This document shows, one piece after another, positions 48,974 to 59,247 of a stretch of DNA of 64,000 bases. How positions within the stretch are numbered: position 1 is the first letter of the stretch; each line of letters begins with the position of its first letter. The notes below the pieces were generated by a model. That model saw only the letters and a list, made by a program, of their open reading frames with translations, searched no databases and had not been told where the DNA came from. Source of the stretch: an uncultured Campylobacterales bacterium (lineage in GTDB: Bacteria > Campylobacterota > Campylobacteria > Campylobacterales > QNZT01); NCBI GenBank assembly GCA_964443745.1, contig CAYUEN010000006.1:1114-65113 (forward strand). Reading direction: 5' to 3'. The position numbers were made by a program, and so were the translations under genes.

Positions 48974-49331
48974 GATCTTTGATCTCCATGATCTCGTTAT
49001 GGTCATCCATCAAAACGACATGCGGTTTGAAACTCTCCGCCTCTTCGAAAGTCATACTCGCATAGGCGATAATGATGATCTTGTCTCCTATTTCTGCTTT
49101 GCGTGCCGCGGCACCGTTGAGACAGATATCTCTCTTGCCGCGCTCTCCCTCGATCACGTAGGTCGCGAATCGCTCACCGTTGTTGATATTGACGATCTCG
49201 ACCCGCTGACCCACGCGCAGTCTGGCCGCATCCATCAGATCCCGATCGACAGTGATCGATCCGACATAGTTGAGATTCGCGTCCGTCACAGTCGCTCTAT
49301 GCAGCTTGCTATAGAGCATCTCTATGGTCAT
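48966..49331 (-). CDS. panD: aspartate 1-decarboxylase
   Basis: [25 protein letters not shown] with the self-processing G-S site. Confidence 0.95.
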   Translation of the reverse strand: MTIEMLYSKLHRATVTDANLNYVGSITVDRDLMDAARLRVGQRVEIVNINNGERFATYVIEGERGKRDICLNGAAARKAEIGDKIIIIAYASMTFEEAESFKPHVVLMDDHNEIMEIKDHV

Positions 49332-49336
49332 ACCTC

Positions 49337-49711
49337 TTACCTTCCAGCCATTTTCATCGCTTCGATCGGTGAAATCGCTTCATCCCAGAACTCGTCCGGA
49401 ATCAGATACTCTTCCACAGGCCTCTCTCCTATGATATGCTCGTCGATGATACGGTCGATTTTCTCCTTGGTCAAACCGACATACATAAAATGGCCTGGCT
49501 CCACGAGCATCACGGGACCTAGCTGACATCGGTTCAGACAAGCCGTTCTTACAGGCTGTACCGTCGCGATCAACCCCTTCTCCATCAATTTCATCCCCAG
49601 ATGTTGAAAAAGATCTCTCGTATTCTCGGTAACACAGCTTGGTTTTGGCATTCCAGGTGGTGCGGATTGTTCACATTTGAATATATAGAACGCTGGTTGC
49701 GGTATCCCCAT
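49337..49711 (-). CDS. thioredoxin-like [2Fe-2S] ferredoxin domain protein
   Basis: Four Cys at positions 13, 26, 58 and 62 ([21 protein letters not shown]). The spacing matches Trx-like 2Fe-2S ferredoxins. Confidence 0.6.
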   Translation of the reverse strand: MGIPQPAFYIFKCEQSAPPGMPKPSCVTENTRDLFQHLGMKLMEKGLIATVQPVRTACLNRCQLGPVMLVEPGHFMYVGLTKEKIDRIIDEHIIGERPVEEYLIPDEFWDEAISPIEAMKMAGR

Positions 49712-49763
49712 TACTTTTCCCCTATTAGTTTGGTTATGATTCTAAGAAACCCATTCTATACAA

Positions 49764-51065
49764 TTACGTATTAAATTTTTCTTTAATAATTTGTTTAGTT
49801 GTCTCCCTGTCGTCGAATGGGATTTTTTCACCCCCTATCTCCTGATAACTCTCGTCTCCTTTGCCCAAAATCATCAATACCTCTCCCTCTTCCAACTCCT
49901 CCAACGCTCTAAAAATCGCCTCTTTTCGATTTTCCACGATGGCGACTTTCTCTTTGTCGCCGATTCCTGCGTAGATCTCTTCGATGATCGCCATAGGATT
50001 TTCGTTTCGGGGATTGTCGCTGGTAAGATAAATCTTTTTGGCGTAGCGGTTCGCCACCCTTCCCATCAAAGGACGTTTGCTTCGGTCTCTATCGCCGCCC
50101 GCTCCGAAAACGAGTGAAATCTCCTTCTCCTTCAACGAGTCGAGCACCTTCTCCATTCCATCGGGCGTATGGGCAAAATCGACGATGACGAGCGGACGCT
50201 CGCTCACGACCTCCATCCGACCGCTCACACCCGCGAAATTCTCCACCTCTTCGCAAATCCTCTCCAGAGTATGAGCCGTCAAAAGCGAAACAGCCGAAAT
50301 GGCCGCAAGAAGATTGTAGAGGTTGAAAAAGCCCTGCATCGGGGAAAAAAACTGCGCCTGCTGATCGAAATGTCTGATCGCACCCGTAATGCCGTTGTTG
50401 AGAGAGTAGGCGAGAATATTGAACGAAGCCGGAAGATCGAGTGCGTAGGTGTAGCAGTTTGCGGGGTTGAATTCGATTTTCTTCGCGTCTTTGTTGATCA
50501 ATTTCATGCTTTCGTCGGCGAAAAAACCGCTTTTGACAGCTCTGTAGGTTTCGAAGTCTCCATGATAGTCCAGGTGATCTTGCGTCAGGTTGGTATAGAT
50601 CTTCAACGCGAAATCGAGTCCCTCGATACGATTTTGGGCGATCGCATGCGAACTCACCTCCATCACGAAGTAACCGCATCCCGCCTCTTTCGCCTCTTTG
50701 AGATGATGAAGCGTCGAAAGCAGCGGAGGTGTCGTCAGCGATTTCTCCTCTCTGCGTGCCTCGTCGATGAAAAAGCCGCGTGTCCCCTGCAGCGCCACCT
50801 TCTCCCCCAGATCCAGAAGCAGCGAATAGATCGCGGCCGCCGTGGTGGTTTTGCCGTTCGTACCGGTGATGCCTACGAGTTTGATACCGTCGATTTTCCA
50901 GAGCTTTTTGAGCGCTTCAGGGGTGAGAATCGGTGCGTTTTTGCTTCTTGCATCCTCCAGATACCTTCTATTTTGCTCGGTCAGCAAGAAAGCGCATTCA
51001 TAGGAGCACTCCGACGAATTGTCGCTCACATACCCAAACGGAGCGTTTTGGACCGGATATTTCAA
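49764..51065 (-). CDS. murE: UDP-N-acetylmuramoyl-L-alanyl-D-glutamate--2,6-diaminopimelate ligase
   Basis: Motifs VGITGTNGKTTT, DHLDYHG and the DNPR motif (LTSDNPRNE). Confidence 0.9.
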   Translation of the reverse strand: MKYPVQNAPFGYVSDNSSECSYECAFLLTEQNRRYLEDARSKNAPILTPEALKKLWKIDGIKLVGITGTNGKTTTAAAIYSLLLDLGEKVALQGTRGFFIDEARREEKSLTTPPLLSTLHHLKEAKEAGCGYFVMEVSSHAIAQNRIEGLDFALKIYTNLTQDHLDYHGDFETYRAVKSGFFADESMKLINKDAKKIEFNPANCYTYALDLPASFNILAYSLNNGITGAIRHFDQQAQFFSPMQGFFNLYNLLAAISAVSLLTAHTLERICEEVENFAGVSGRMEVVSERPLVIVDFAHTPDGMEKVLDSLKEKEISLVFGAGGDRDRSKRPLMGRVANRYAKKIYLTSDNPRNENPMAIIEEIYAGIGDKEKVAIVENRKEAIFRALEELEEGEVLMILGKGDESYQEIGGEKIPFDDRETTKQIIKEKFNT

Positions 51066-51640
51066 GATCTGTTTTTTCTGTCGAGACGTTGAAGCGTCTC
51101 TTCGAAGAAGTGGTCGTCCGGATAGAGCATCAAAGCGTTTTCCAGATAATTCAGCGCGATATCCAGATAGTCGTGTTCGATCAAATGGTTGAGAAAATCG
51201 ACGAAATCCTCTTTTTTGTGGATGATGATTTTGGTACTGAACATCAAATCTTCCAGCGCATCCTTGAAACTACCGCGATTTTCGACTACTCGTTTGAAAT
51301 CGCGATATTCGATACCATCTTCGAATGCGATCAGACTCTCTTCGATATTTTCTATCAGGGAGTAGAGATTTTCACTTCCGTAATCGACGCTCTCGATGAT
51401 GTTTTCGACGATTTCGTCCGCATTTTCCGCATCCTGTTGTCTCGTCGCTTCGTAATATTCAAAAAGCGCCACCGCCTCTTCCTCTTTTTCAAGCGCCATA
51501 TCCGAAAGTACCGCACCTATCCTCGCCTCTTTGTCTTCCGGCGACTCTTTGAGTGCGAGCGCGAAATGAAGCAGCGCGCTTTTGTATTCCCGTTTGAAAA
51601 AGCTGTTTTTGGCGGCTTCTTTGAACTTGTTCACATTCAC
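51062..51640 (-). CDS. conserved hypothetical acidic protein (TPR-like N-terminus)
   Basis: 192-aa ORF with 4-nt overlaps to both nifU-like and murE. No motif that I recognise. Confidence 0.6.
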   Translation of the reverse strand: MNVNKFKEAAKNSFFKREYKSALLHFALALKESPEDKEARIGAVLSDMALEKEEEAVALFEYYEATRQQDAENADEIVENIIESVDYGSENLYSLIENIEESLIAFEDGIEYRDFKRVVENRGSFKDALEDLMFSTKIIIHKKEDFVDFLNHLIEHDYLDIALNYLENALMLYPDDHFFEETLQRLDRKNRS

Positions 51641-51924
51641 TCCTGATTCGCGATCTCGTCCATAAGGTGTTCCATACCTTCGGCGAGGTTGATCACTTCG
51701 AGTTCAGGATGGATATCGGTCCGCAGTTGTCTTTCGATGCCGTACTTGAGTGTCTGATTACTGGCGGAACATCCGATACAGGCTCCTTGCAATTGCACGA
51801 ATACTTTACCTTTTTTGACGCCAAGGAGTTTCATTCCGCCTCCATCGAGTGCGAGCATCGGTCTGACTTTTTCGAGTGTCGCTTCGACGACGGGCAAAAG
51901 CTCCTCATCGGAAAATGGGATCAT
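51637..51924 (-). CDS. NifU C-terminal-domain (Nfu-type) Fe-S cluster protein
   Basis: RPMLALDGGGMKLLGV...VQLQGACIGCSAS CxxC motif. 95 aa. Confidence 0.8.
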   Translation of the reverse strand: MIPFSDEELLPVVEATLEKVRPMLALDGGGMKLLGVKKGKVFVQLQGACIGCSASNQTLKYGIERQLRTDIHPELEVINLAEGMEHLMDEIANQE

Positions 51925-51966
51925 AGTGTTCCTTTTTTTACGATAATTCCAATCGATAATGAAAAT

Positions 51967-51975
51967 ATTGTAACA
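51967..51975 (-). promoter_or_regulatory. putative extended -10 element upstream of the nifU-like gene
   Basis: Minus strand reads ttttTGtTACAATatttt, about 42 nt upstream of the ATG at 51924. Pattern only. Confidence 0.3.
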
Positions 51976-52023
51976 AAAAATGGTTAAATAGTAAAGCGTG
52001 GGTATAAATGGAAGGAAGGAGAG

Positions 52024-52046
52024 GAAGAGATGTTACATCTCTTCCG
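52024..52046 (-). terminator. hairpin terminator candidate after rplQ (end of alpha operon)
   Basis: GGAAGAGATG-taa-CATCTCTTCC, a perfect 10-bp stem starting 8 nt after the rplQ stop, followed by a T/C-rich stretch (TCTCCTTCCTTCCATTTAT). Confidence 0.55.
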
Positions 52047-52054
52047 TATATTTA

Positions 52055-52405
52055 TCAGACCAGCTCGATAAAAGCCATTTCCGCGGCGTCGCCACGTCTG
52101 ATACGAGTACGAACGATTCTGGTATAACCGCCGTTTCTCTCTTTGTATTCGGGTGCGATCTCTTCGATCAGTTTCTTGGTCGCAGCTTTGTCCTGCAAAG
52201 CGGCGAAGATTGTTCTATGGGTGTTGAAATCGCCCGCTTTCGCCTTGGTAAGGAGCTTTTCAAAATAACTTCTCAGCTCTTTCGCTTTGGGAACGGTCGT
52301 CTCGATTTTGCCGTTGGTAATCAGGGCAATAGACATGTTTTTCAGCAAAGCTTTTCGATGACTGGAAGTTCGGCCTAATTTTCTATATCCATGTTTATGT
52401 CTCAT
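52055..52405 (-). CDS. rplQ: 50S ribosomal protein L17
   Basis: [22 protein letters not shown]-terminus. It follows rpoA. Confidence 0.95.
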   Translation of the reverse strand: MRHKHGYRKLGRTSSHRKALLKNMSIALITNGKIETTVPKAKELRSYFEKLLTKAKAGDFNTHRTIFAALQDKAATKKLIEEIAPEYKERNGGYTRIVRTRIRRGDAAEMAFIELV

Positions 52406-52408
52406 TCT

Positions 52409-53422
52409 TTATGCCTCACTCGTTTGGGATTTTAACTCTTCAATTTTTTTGTTCAAAGCTTTGAGGAAATCCTCATCAAACTGGCTTCCGACAGGGAATC
52501 CCAGTGCTTCGAGTTTACCTGTGATCTCTTCGAAAGATTTCTTGCCCAGGTTTTTCAGTCCTTTGAGCTCCATTTCACTCATGGTGGAAAGCTCACCTAC
52601 ATATTTGATGTTCGCCCGATCCAGACAGTTGAAACTACGGGCACTCAGTTGTAAATCGTTGACACTCTGAAGCAGTTTTTTCATCTCCGCGGAATTTTCG
52701 AAATCGTCTTTGATACTCACGACATCGATATCCATCGCTTTGCTGAAGATGGCGATCTGCGAATTGAGCGCCTCTATCGACTCTTTGAACGCCTGTACCG
52801 GTGGAATCTGTCCGTCGGTCTCGATCTCGAAAACGATCTTCTCGAATGTCGGATCGTCTTCTACCAAAACGTTCTCGATCTCGTAGACCGCACGTCTGAC
52901 AGGCGTGAAATAGGCGTCCACGGCGATGTATTCTTCAGGAACGTCGTCTCTGAATTGTTCACTCGGAACATATCCGATTCCCTTTTCGATAATCAGGGAG
53001 AAGTTGAGCTCCGCATCTTCGTTGATCGTCGCCAGGTGCTGCTGGGGCGTTACCACGGCAACTTGATCGTTTTCCAGATCGGATCCCTTGATCTCCTTGT
53101 GTCCACTGAAGCTGTAGGAGACTTCCACCTTGTTGGAATCGTTTTTGATTTTGAACCGGATATTCTTCAGATTCAAAATAAAGAGTGCGACATCCTCCAG
53201 CATACCGCGGATACTGTCGAACTCATGGCTGACACCGTCGATCTTGACGGCGGTGACGGCATATCCGGCAGAGCTTCCGTAGAGCAAACGTCTCAGCGGG
53301 TGCGCGACCGTGACCGCAAAACCGGATTGAAAGGGATAGGCGTAAACTTTGACACTGTTTTCACTTACCTTTTCGATCTCGATTTCATGCGGCATATATA
53401 AAGACGTACTTATCTTTTTCAT
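52409..53422 (-). CDS. rpoA: DNA-directed RNA polymerase alpha subunit
   Basis: 337 aa with the alpha-CTD segment [20 protein letters not shown]. Conserved position after rpsD. Confidence 0.95.
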   Translation of the reverse strand: MKKISTSLYMPHEIEIEKVSENSVKVYAYPFQSGFAVTVAHPLRRLLYGSSAGYAVTAVKIDGVSHEFDSIRGMLEDVALFILNLKNIRFKIKNDSNKVEVSYSFSGHKEIKGSDLENDQVAVVTPQQHLATINEDAELNFSLIIEKGIGYVPSEQFRDDVPEEYIAVDAYFTPVRRAVYEIENVLVEDDPTFEKIVFEIETDGQIPPVQAFKESIEALNSQIAIFSKAMDIDVVSIKDDFENSAEMKKLLQSVNDLQLSARSFNCLDRANIKYVGELSTMSEMELKGLKNLGKKSFEEITGKLEALGFPVGSQFDEDFLKALNKKIEELKSQTSEA

Positions 53423-53438
53423 ATTGGCTATCCTTGGC

Positions 53439-54065
53439 TTATTTGGAATAAAGCTCTACGATGAGTCTCTCTTCTACCGGAATGACGACCTCTTCTCTCT
53501 CGGGTATTCTGGTGAAAATTCCATACTTTTTGTCGATATCCACATCCACCCACGGTACGATACCCGTCTGTGCGGTCAATTCGCCCGCTCTGACGATCTG
53601 TGGATTGTTTTTGGATTTCTCACGGATTTCGATCTTCTGTCCGGGTTTGACGCGATACGAAGGGATATTCACCTTCTTCCCATCCACCAAGACATGTCCG
53701 TGTGTAACCAGCTGTCTGGCAAAACTTCTGGTCGTCGCGAATCCCATTCTGTATACGGCGTTGTCGAGTCTTCTCTCCAACAGGGCGATCAGATTTTCAC
53801 CGGTATTGCCTTCCATTCTGTTCGCATCTTGAAACAGCCTTCTGAACTGTTTTTCGGAAACACCGTACATAAATTTCGCTTTTTGCTTTTCACGAAGCTG
53901 CAAACCGTATTCGCTGATCTTGCTTCGTCTTTGTCCATGCTGTCCAGGTGCGTAGGGACGCTTGTCCAACGCGCTTTTTCCCGCAAGCCTTCTTTCACCT
54001 TTGAGTGCCAGGCTGACACCCAGTCTTCTTTCAATTTTTTCTACTGGTCCTCTATATCTTGCCAT
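53439..54065 (-). CDS. rpsD: 30S ribosomal protein S4
   Basis: [17 protein letters not shown]... Confidence 0.95.
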   Translation of the reverse strand: MARYRGPVEKIERRLGVSLALKGERRLAGKSALDKRPYAPGQHGQRRSKISEYGLQLREKQKAKFMYGVSEKQFRRLFQDANRMEGNTGENLIALLERRLDNAVYRMGFATTRSFARQLVTHGHVLVDGKKVNIPSYRVKPGQKIEIREKSKNNPQIVRAGELTAQTGIVPWVDVDIDKKYGIFTRIPEREEVVIPVEERLIVELYSK

Positions 54066-54074
54066 AATTTCTCC

Positions 54075-54467
54075 CTACACTCTTCTTCGTTTTGGTGGTC
54101 TGCATCCATTATGCGGCAAAGGCGTGACATCCTTGAAATAGAGTACCTTGATACCTTCGATTGCGCCGACGCTCTTTACAGCCGTCTCTCTACCGGATCC
54201 TGGACCCTGTACCTTGATACCGACCTCTTTGATACCATGTTCCATCGCTTTGGCCATCGCATCCTCTACAGCCTGCTGCGCGGCATAGGGAGTCGATTTC
54301 TTGCTTCCCTTGAAGCCCAATCCACCCGCACTGCTCCAAGCGATGACGTTCCCCATCTCGTCCGTGACAGTGATGACGGTATTGTTGAAGGTCGCAGCGA
54401 TATGTACGATACCTCTGGCGATATTCTTTTTGACTACTTTTTTCTTCGTTACTCTTCTTTTTGCCAT
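54075..54467 (-). CDS. rpsK: 30S ribosomal protein S11
   Basis: [18 protein letters not shown]... Confidence 0.95.
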   Translation of the reverse strand: MAKRRVTKKKVVKKNIARGIVHIAATFNNTVITVTDEMGNVIAWSSAGGLGFKGSKKSTPYAAQQAVEDAMAKAMEHGIKEVGIKVQGPGSGRETAVKSVGAIEGIKVLYFKDVTPLPHNGCRPPKRRRV

Positions 54468-54479
54468 ACTCTCACTCCG

Positions 54480-54848
54480 TTACTTCGATGCAGAACCGAC
54501 AGTTTTCTTTCTGCCTTTTCTGGTTCTTGCGTTGGTTTTCGTTTTCTGTCCGCGCACGGGAAGGCCTCTTCTGTGTCTAAGCCCCCTGTAATTGCCCAGA
54601 TCCATCAGCGCTTTGATATCCATAGCGACCTTTTTTCTCAGGTCGCCCTCCACCATATAGCTTTCCTGAATCACTTTTCGGATAGCAGCGATCTCGTCCT
54701 CCGTCAATTCATGAACACGTTTGTCGTAGGAGATCCCGGCCTTGTCGAGAATATCTCTGGCACTCTTCAGACCGATACCATAGATATAGGTCAGACCATA
54801 TTCCACTCTCTTCTTTTTCGGTAAGTCTACACCAGCGATTCTTGCCAT
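54480..54848 (-). CDS. rpsM: 30S ribosomal protein S13
   Basis: [26 protein letters not shown]. Confidence 0.95.
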   Translation of the reverse strand: MARIAGVDLPKKKRVEYGLTYIYGIGLKSARDILDKAGISYDKRVHELTEDEIAAIRKVIQESYMVEGDLRKKVAMDIKALMDLGNYRGLRHRRGLPVRGQKTKTNARTRKGRKKTVGSASK

Positions 54849-54850
54849 GG

Positions 54851-54964
54851 TTATCCTTGTCTCTGTTTGTGTTTTGGATTTTTGCAGATCACTCTGACCG
54901 CACCTCTTCGTTTGATAATTTTACAACTATCACACATCTTTTTTACCGATGGTCTTACTTTCAT
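54851..54964 (-). CDS. rpmJ: 50S ribosomal protein L36
   Basis: Too short for the ORF track. My translation is [37 protein letters not shown], with AGGAG 6 nt upstream of the ATG. Confidence 0.9.
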   Translation of the reverse strand: MKVRPSVKKMCDSCKIIKRRGAVRVICKNPKHKQRQG

Positions 54965-55082
54965 CGTTCGCTCCTCTGTAAATCCTGACAGGCCGTCCAT
55001 CGACAGCCACAGCCTTCCGGCTTTTCGCCGCTATCTTCACTTACAAACATCGAACGGGTAGGTTTATAGAGATCCATAAACC

Positions 55083-55117
55083 AGTCATTGAAAAAACAGT
55101 GAATTTTTTCAATGACT
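55083..55117 (-). repeat. perfect 14-bp inverted repeat (RNA hairpin) in the infA-rpmJ spacer
   Basis: mRNA sense: AGTCATTGAAAAAA-ttcactg-TTTTTTCAATGACT, 14/14 pairs with a 7-nt loop. Confidence 0.8.
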
Positions 55118-55150
55118 CTTCTTTCAGTCTCGAAGTTCGAAAAGAGCCGC

Positions 55151-55156
55151 ATTATA
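55151..55156 (-). promoter_or_regulatory. putative -10 box (TATAAT) for the rpmJ-rpsM-rpsK-rpsD-rpoA-rplQ unit
   Basis: Minus strand reads ttatttggaTATAATgcgg, 20 nt after the infA stop and in an A/T-rich upstream context. Pattern only. Confidence 0.35.
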
Positions 55157-55175
55157 TCCAAATAAAAGTAAAATT

Positions 55176-55394
55176 TTACTTATATCTGAATGTTATACGG
55201 CCTTTATCCAGACTGTAGGGTGTCAACTCCACCTTTACCCTGTCGCCCGGCATGATCTTGATATAGTGCATTCGCATTTTTCCCGCGATATGACACAACA
55301 CTCTGTGCCCATTTTCGAGCTCCACCTGAAACGTCGCGTTCGGCAGTGCCTCGACAACGGTACCGTCTATTTCGATCACATCATCTTTCGCCAT
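55176..55394 (-). CDS. infA: translation initiation factor IF-1
   Basis: [41 protein letters not shown]. Confidence 0.95.
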   Translation of the reverse strand: MAKDDVIEIDGTVVEALPNATFQVELENGHRVLCHIAGKMRMHYIKIMPGDRVKVELTPYSLDKGRITFRYK

Positions 55395-55402
55395 TTATCC
55401 TC

Positions 55403-56161
55403 CTAATCTTTCGATAAAATTTCCACTCTGTTGTCGACTACAGCCACCGTATGTTCGTAGTGACTTCCTCTAAGCCCGTCTTCGGATACGACCGACCATT
55501 TGTCTTTCAAAATCCTCGCGACGCCACTCTTTTGACAGATCATCGGTTCGAGGCAGAAGACCATTCCGTTTTTGATTTTGGGACCCTGCTTCGGATTCGA
55601 TCCGTCCAGATAATTCGGTATTTCAGGCTCTTCGTGTGGCTTTCTGCCGATGCCATGCCCGCAAAACCCGCGCAAAGGGGTAAACCCCCGCTCGGTGATG
55701 AACCGCTCCAGGGCGAAACTCAGCTCCTTAAACCGCATCCCGGGACGAATCAGATCGATCGCGTAATAGAGCGCATCCTTCGCACAAGCAATCAGCGCCT
55801 TGTCTTCCTCGGTTATCTCGCCGATACCCAGCGTGACAGCCGCATCCCCATACCAGCCGTCTTTTTCGACGCCGATATCAAGGCCCAGAATGTCGCCCTC
55901 TTCGATTTTCGTTTCGTCCGGAATACCATGGATAATCACTTCGTTCAGGGAGGTACACACACCTGCGGGAAAGCCGTAGAGTCCCTTGAAAGAGGGTCTC
56001 GCATCGAGCGATGCGATGAAATCTTCCCCCATTTCGTTGATCTCTTTGAGACTCATACCCGGCCGGATATAGGTTTCAAGATGCTTGAGGGTTTTGGCTA
56101 CATAGCTGTTCGCAACCCTCAGTTTTTCTATTTCTGAGGGTTTGCGTATCGCGATCGCCAT
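55403..56161 (-). CDS. map: type I methionine aminopeptidase
   Basis: Metal ligand motifs LGLDIGVEKDGWYGDAA, FCGHGIG, CLEPMI and EHTVAV. Confidence 0.95.
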   Translation of the reverse strand: MAIAIRKPSEIEKLRVANSYVAKTLKHLETYIRPGMSLKEINEMGEDFIASLDARPSFKGLYGFPAGVCTSLNEVIIHGIPDETKIEEGDILGLDIGVEKDGWYGDAAVTLGIGEITEEDKALIACAKDALYYAIDLIRPGMRFKELSFALERFITERGFTPLRGFCGHGIGRKPHEEPEIPNYLDGSNPKQGPKIKNGMVFCLEPMICQKSGVARILKDKWSVVSEDGLRGSHYEHTVAVVDNRVEILSKD

Positions 56162-56164
56162 CTA

Positions 56165-57424
56165 TTAGAGGCCCACCGCGTTGAGAGTGTTGTATTTGCT
56201 CATATAGATCTGCGCTTCGATTTTGCGCATCGTATCCAGAGCCACCTGTACGACGATCAACACGGCCGTACCTCCGAAATAAAACGGTACACCCATAAAT
56301 TTCACGAGTACCCACGGCAGTGTGGAAATCAATCCCAGATAGATCGCACCACTGAAGGTCAATCGACTGGCCACTTCGTTCAGGAATTCGGCCGTACTCG
56401 AACCGGGACGCACACCGGGAATGAATCCGCCCTGTTTTTTCAGATTTTCGGAGATGTCTTTCGCGTTGAACACGATGGAAGCGTAAAAATAGGCGAAAAA
56501 GACAACACCCAGAAACATCAGAATATTGAAAAGATAGCTGTTGGGGCTAATCAAATCCGCAATCTTCTGGACATAGGGATTGCTGCTTCCCTGCAACAGG
56601 GTCGAAGGCATCATCAAAACGGCCGAGGCGAAAATCGGAGGAATGACGCCACTGAGATTGACTTTGATCGGAATATAGTTCATCACCCTTTTGTTCTGAT
56701 TTTGCATCATCGTCTTTCTCGAATAGGAGATCGGTATTCTGCGTTCACCCAACTCCACATAGATGATGACGCCGACAGTGATGACGATCACAGCCAGTAT
56801 CGCAAGAACGACCAGAAAATTGAGTTCGCCCGTATTGACCAGATTGATCGTGCCGCCAATCGCCGAAGGAATACCCGAAACGATACCCGCGAAAATGATC
56901 AATGAAATTCCGTTTCCGACACCTCTTTGGGTAATCTGCTCTCCGATCCACATCAGCATCATCGTACCCGCCAGCATCGAAAACGCCGCGATCGGAATGA
57001 AAAGGCTCATATCGATCATGATCGCGCTTTCGCTTCCGTTACCCAGACTCTTGAGCCCCATCGAAACACCGATCGCTTGCACGAAGGTGATCACGACCGT
57101 CGCATAACGGATGATCTGCATATATTTGGTCATACCGTCTCGCTCTTTTTTCATCTGGCCGAGTGTCGGGAAAGTGGCGGCGAGCAATTCCATGATAATC
57201 GAGGCGGTGATATAGGGCATGATTCCGAGCGAAATGATACTCAATCGACTGACCGCATTACCGCTGAACATGTTGAACATGCCCAGCGCATTGTTGGAGT
57301 TGGAGTCGAAGAAGTGTTTGATCACATCGACGTTGACCCCCGGAACGGGGATATAGGAGAGGATTCTATACGCAAACAAGAAACCGAGCGTGATCAAAAT
57401 CTTGTTTGTCAGATCTTTACTCAT
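56165..57424 (-). CDS. secY: preprotein translocase subunit SecY
   Basis: 419-aa, 10-TM protein with LGIMPYITASII. Conserved position after rplO. Confidence 0.95.
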   Translation of the reverse strand: MSKDLTNKILITLGFLFAYRILSYIPVPGVNVDVIKHFFDSNSNNALGMFNMFSGNAVSRLSIISLGIMPYITASIIMELLAATFPTLGQMKKERDGMTKYMQIIRYATVVITFVQAIGVSMGLKSLGNGSESAIMIDMSLFIPIAAFSMLAGTMMLMWIGEQITQRGVGNGISLIIFAGIVSGIPSAIGGTINLVNTGELNFLVVLAILAVIVITVGVIIYVELGERRIPISYSRKTMMQNQNKRVMNYIPIKVNLSGVIPPIFASAVLMMPSTLLQGSSNPYVQKIADLISPNSYLFNILMFLGVVFFAYFYASIVFNAKDISENLKKQGGFIPGVRPGSSTAEFLNEVASRLTFSGAIYLGLISTLPWVLVKFMGVPFYFGGTAVLIVVQVALDTMRKIEAQIYMSKYNTLNAVGL

Positions 57425-57825
57425 TACTCTTTTCCGCTATGAGTGACGTTTTCATCTTTGATTTTGGAAGCGAGCGCTTTGGCACCCTTTCCGATCAGTT
57501 TCACCTTTTTGACGCTATTTTGCATCTTATGGACGGTTTTGATCGTCTCGATCGTGATTTCATCAAGTTCGGCGACTTTCTTCACTCTGTCCACATTGAT
57601 GACGTAGGGTTTGACGACTCTGGAGGTAAAGCCGACTTTCGGCAGACGTCTTTGGAGCGGTTGCTGACCGCCTTCGAAACCTCTTTTTCTGCTGTAGCCC
57701 GTACGGCTTTTCTGTCCCTTGTTGCCTCGAGTGGCGGTTTTACCCATACCACTTCCCTGTCCACGACCGACTCTTTTTCTATTTTTGGTAGAACCTGTGG
57801 CCGATGTCAAATTATCGAGTGCCAT
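57424..57825 (-). CDS. rplO: 50S ribosomal protein L15
   Basis: [24 protein letters not shown]. Confidence 0.95.
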   Translation of the reverse strand: MALDNLTSATGSTKNRKRVGRGQGSGMGKTATRGNKGQKSRTGYSRKRGFEGGQQPLQRRLPKVGFTSRVVKPYVINVDRVKKVAELDEITIETIKTVHKMQNSVKKVKLIGKGAKALASKIKDENVTHSGKE

Positions 57826-57835
57826 ATCTATCCTT

Positions 57836-58285
57836 TTACTGTTTGATCATACTGAGCGCTTTGACCGTCGCTCTGACGAGATTGCCGGGATTGTTCGATC
57901 CCAAAGATTTGGTCAGAATATCCTTGATTCCCGCAAGCTCCAAAACCGGTCTTGTGGCACCACCCGCGATCACACCGGTACCTTCGGACGCCGGCTTGAG
58001 CAGAATTCTGCTAGCATTGTATTTGAGCTCGATATCGTGCGCGATCGTCGAACCTTTGACATTGACTTTGACGAGGTTTTTGAACGCATCGTCGACCGCC
58101 TTCTTGATCGCATCGGGAACCTCTTTGGCTTTGCCCGAACCGTATCCGATGATACCGTTTCTGTTACCGACGACCACCAACGCCGTAAAGCGGAATCTTC
58201 TACCACCTTTGACAACCTTGGTCACCCTGCCGATGTTGACGATGACCTCTTCAAACTCTTCTCTGTTAATTTTATCCATTTCCAT
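57836..58285 (-). CDS. rpsE: 30S ribosomal protein S5
   Basis: [26 protein letters not shown]. Confidence 0.95.
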   Translation of the reverse strand: MEMDKINREEFEEVIVNIGRVTKVVKGGRRFRFTALVVVGNRNGIIGYGSGKAKEVPDAIKKAVDDAFKNLVKVNVKGSTIAHDIELKYNASRILLKPASEGTGVIAGGATRPVLELAGIKDILTKSLGSNNPGNLVRATVKALSMIKQ

Positions 58286-58291
58286 TCGCCC

Positions 58292-58648
58292 TTAAAGTGT
58301 AATTCCGTTTTCTCTCAAACTGTCCGCAAACGCCGCGACAACACCATGGTATTTGTTGCCTCTGCGATCGAAAACGACTCTCTCGATCCCTTTGCTCTTG
58401 AGTGTCTCGGCGAAAATCTTCGCGATGACGACGGCGGATTCTTTGTTGGCCTTCTGTCCCTCTTTCGCTCCGTTGACACTTGCGAGCGTCGTAGCCGTGA
58501 CATCGTCGATCGCCTGCGCGTAGAGATGTTTGTTGGACTTGAAGAGCGCGACTCTGGGCATTTCGGCCGTACCGCTTATTTTGCCACGAACCCTGTTGAC
58601 TCTGCGTTGTTGCAGCTTGTTTTTCTTTTTCAGTAATTTCGTTCTCAT
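58292..58648 (-). CDS. rplR: 50S ribosomal protein L18
   Basis: 118 aa, ...[19 protein letters not shown]... Confidence 0.95.
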   Translation of the reverse strand: MRTKLLKKKNKLQQRRVNRVRGKISGTAEMPRVALFKSNKHLYAQAIDDVTATTLASVNGAKEGQKANKESAVVIAKIFAETLKSKGIERVVFDRRGNKYHGVVAAFADSLRENGITL

Positions 58649-58657
58649 ATCCTACCT

Positions 58658-59194
58658 CTACTTCCCTGCTGTTTTACCGGCTTTTCTGATGATCACCTCG
58701 TCGGCGTATTTGACACCTTTACCTTTGTATGGCTCCGGCGGTCTGAAGCTTCTGATCTCGGCCGCAATCTGACCGACGACCTGCTTGTCGTCGCCCTCTA
58801 TAGTGATGACGTTTTTCTCTACAGCAATTTTCACATCCTTCGGAAACTCGTAATTGATGGGATGTGAAAAACCGAGTTGCAATTCAAGAACGTTCCCTTT
58901 GACGGCCGCTCTATACCCGACACCGTTGATCTCGAGAACTTTTTTGTATCCCTCGGTCAGACCGATGATCACATTCTGGCTCAAAGATCTGAACGTACCC
59001 CAGTACGCCCTGCTTTGTCTATCGTCACCCTTGGGTTTGAAAACGATCTGTCCGTCGTCGATGGAAACGTCGACATACCCTCTCGTGTCGATCTTTTTCT
59101 CGACATTACCCTTTTTGAAGTTGATCACGTCACCCTCGAGCTTCACGTCGATGCCCGCGGGTATCGTGACCGGCTGTTTACCTATTCTTGACAT
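58658..59194 (-). CDS. rplF: 50S ribosomal protein L6
   Basis: [17 protein letters not shown]. Confidence 0.95.
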   Translation of the reverse strand: MSRIGKQPVTIPAGIDVKLEGDVINFKKGNVEKKIDTRGYVDVSIDDGQIVFKPKGDDRQSRAYWGTFRSLSQNVIIGLTEGYKKVLEINGVGYRAAVKGNVLELQLGFSHPINYEFPKDVKIAVEKNVITIEGDDKQVVGQIAAEIRSFRPPEPYKGKGVKYADEVIIRKAGKTAGK

Positions 59195-59247
59195 ATTTTT
59201 CCTTTTACTTGTCTACGATATCTATCGAATGCCGTAAAATTTCACTT

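Noticed and set aside
53349-54824. A 491-aa plus-strand ORF spanning the region of rpoA, rpsD, rpsK and rpsM.
   Set aside because: It runs antisense across four separate, certain ribosomal/RNAP genes and their intergenic gaps. A real gene would not ignore those boundaries, and it has no recognisable domain.
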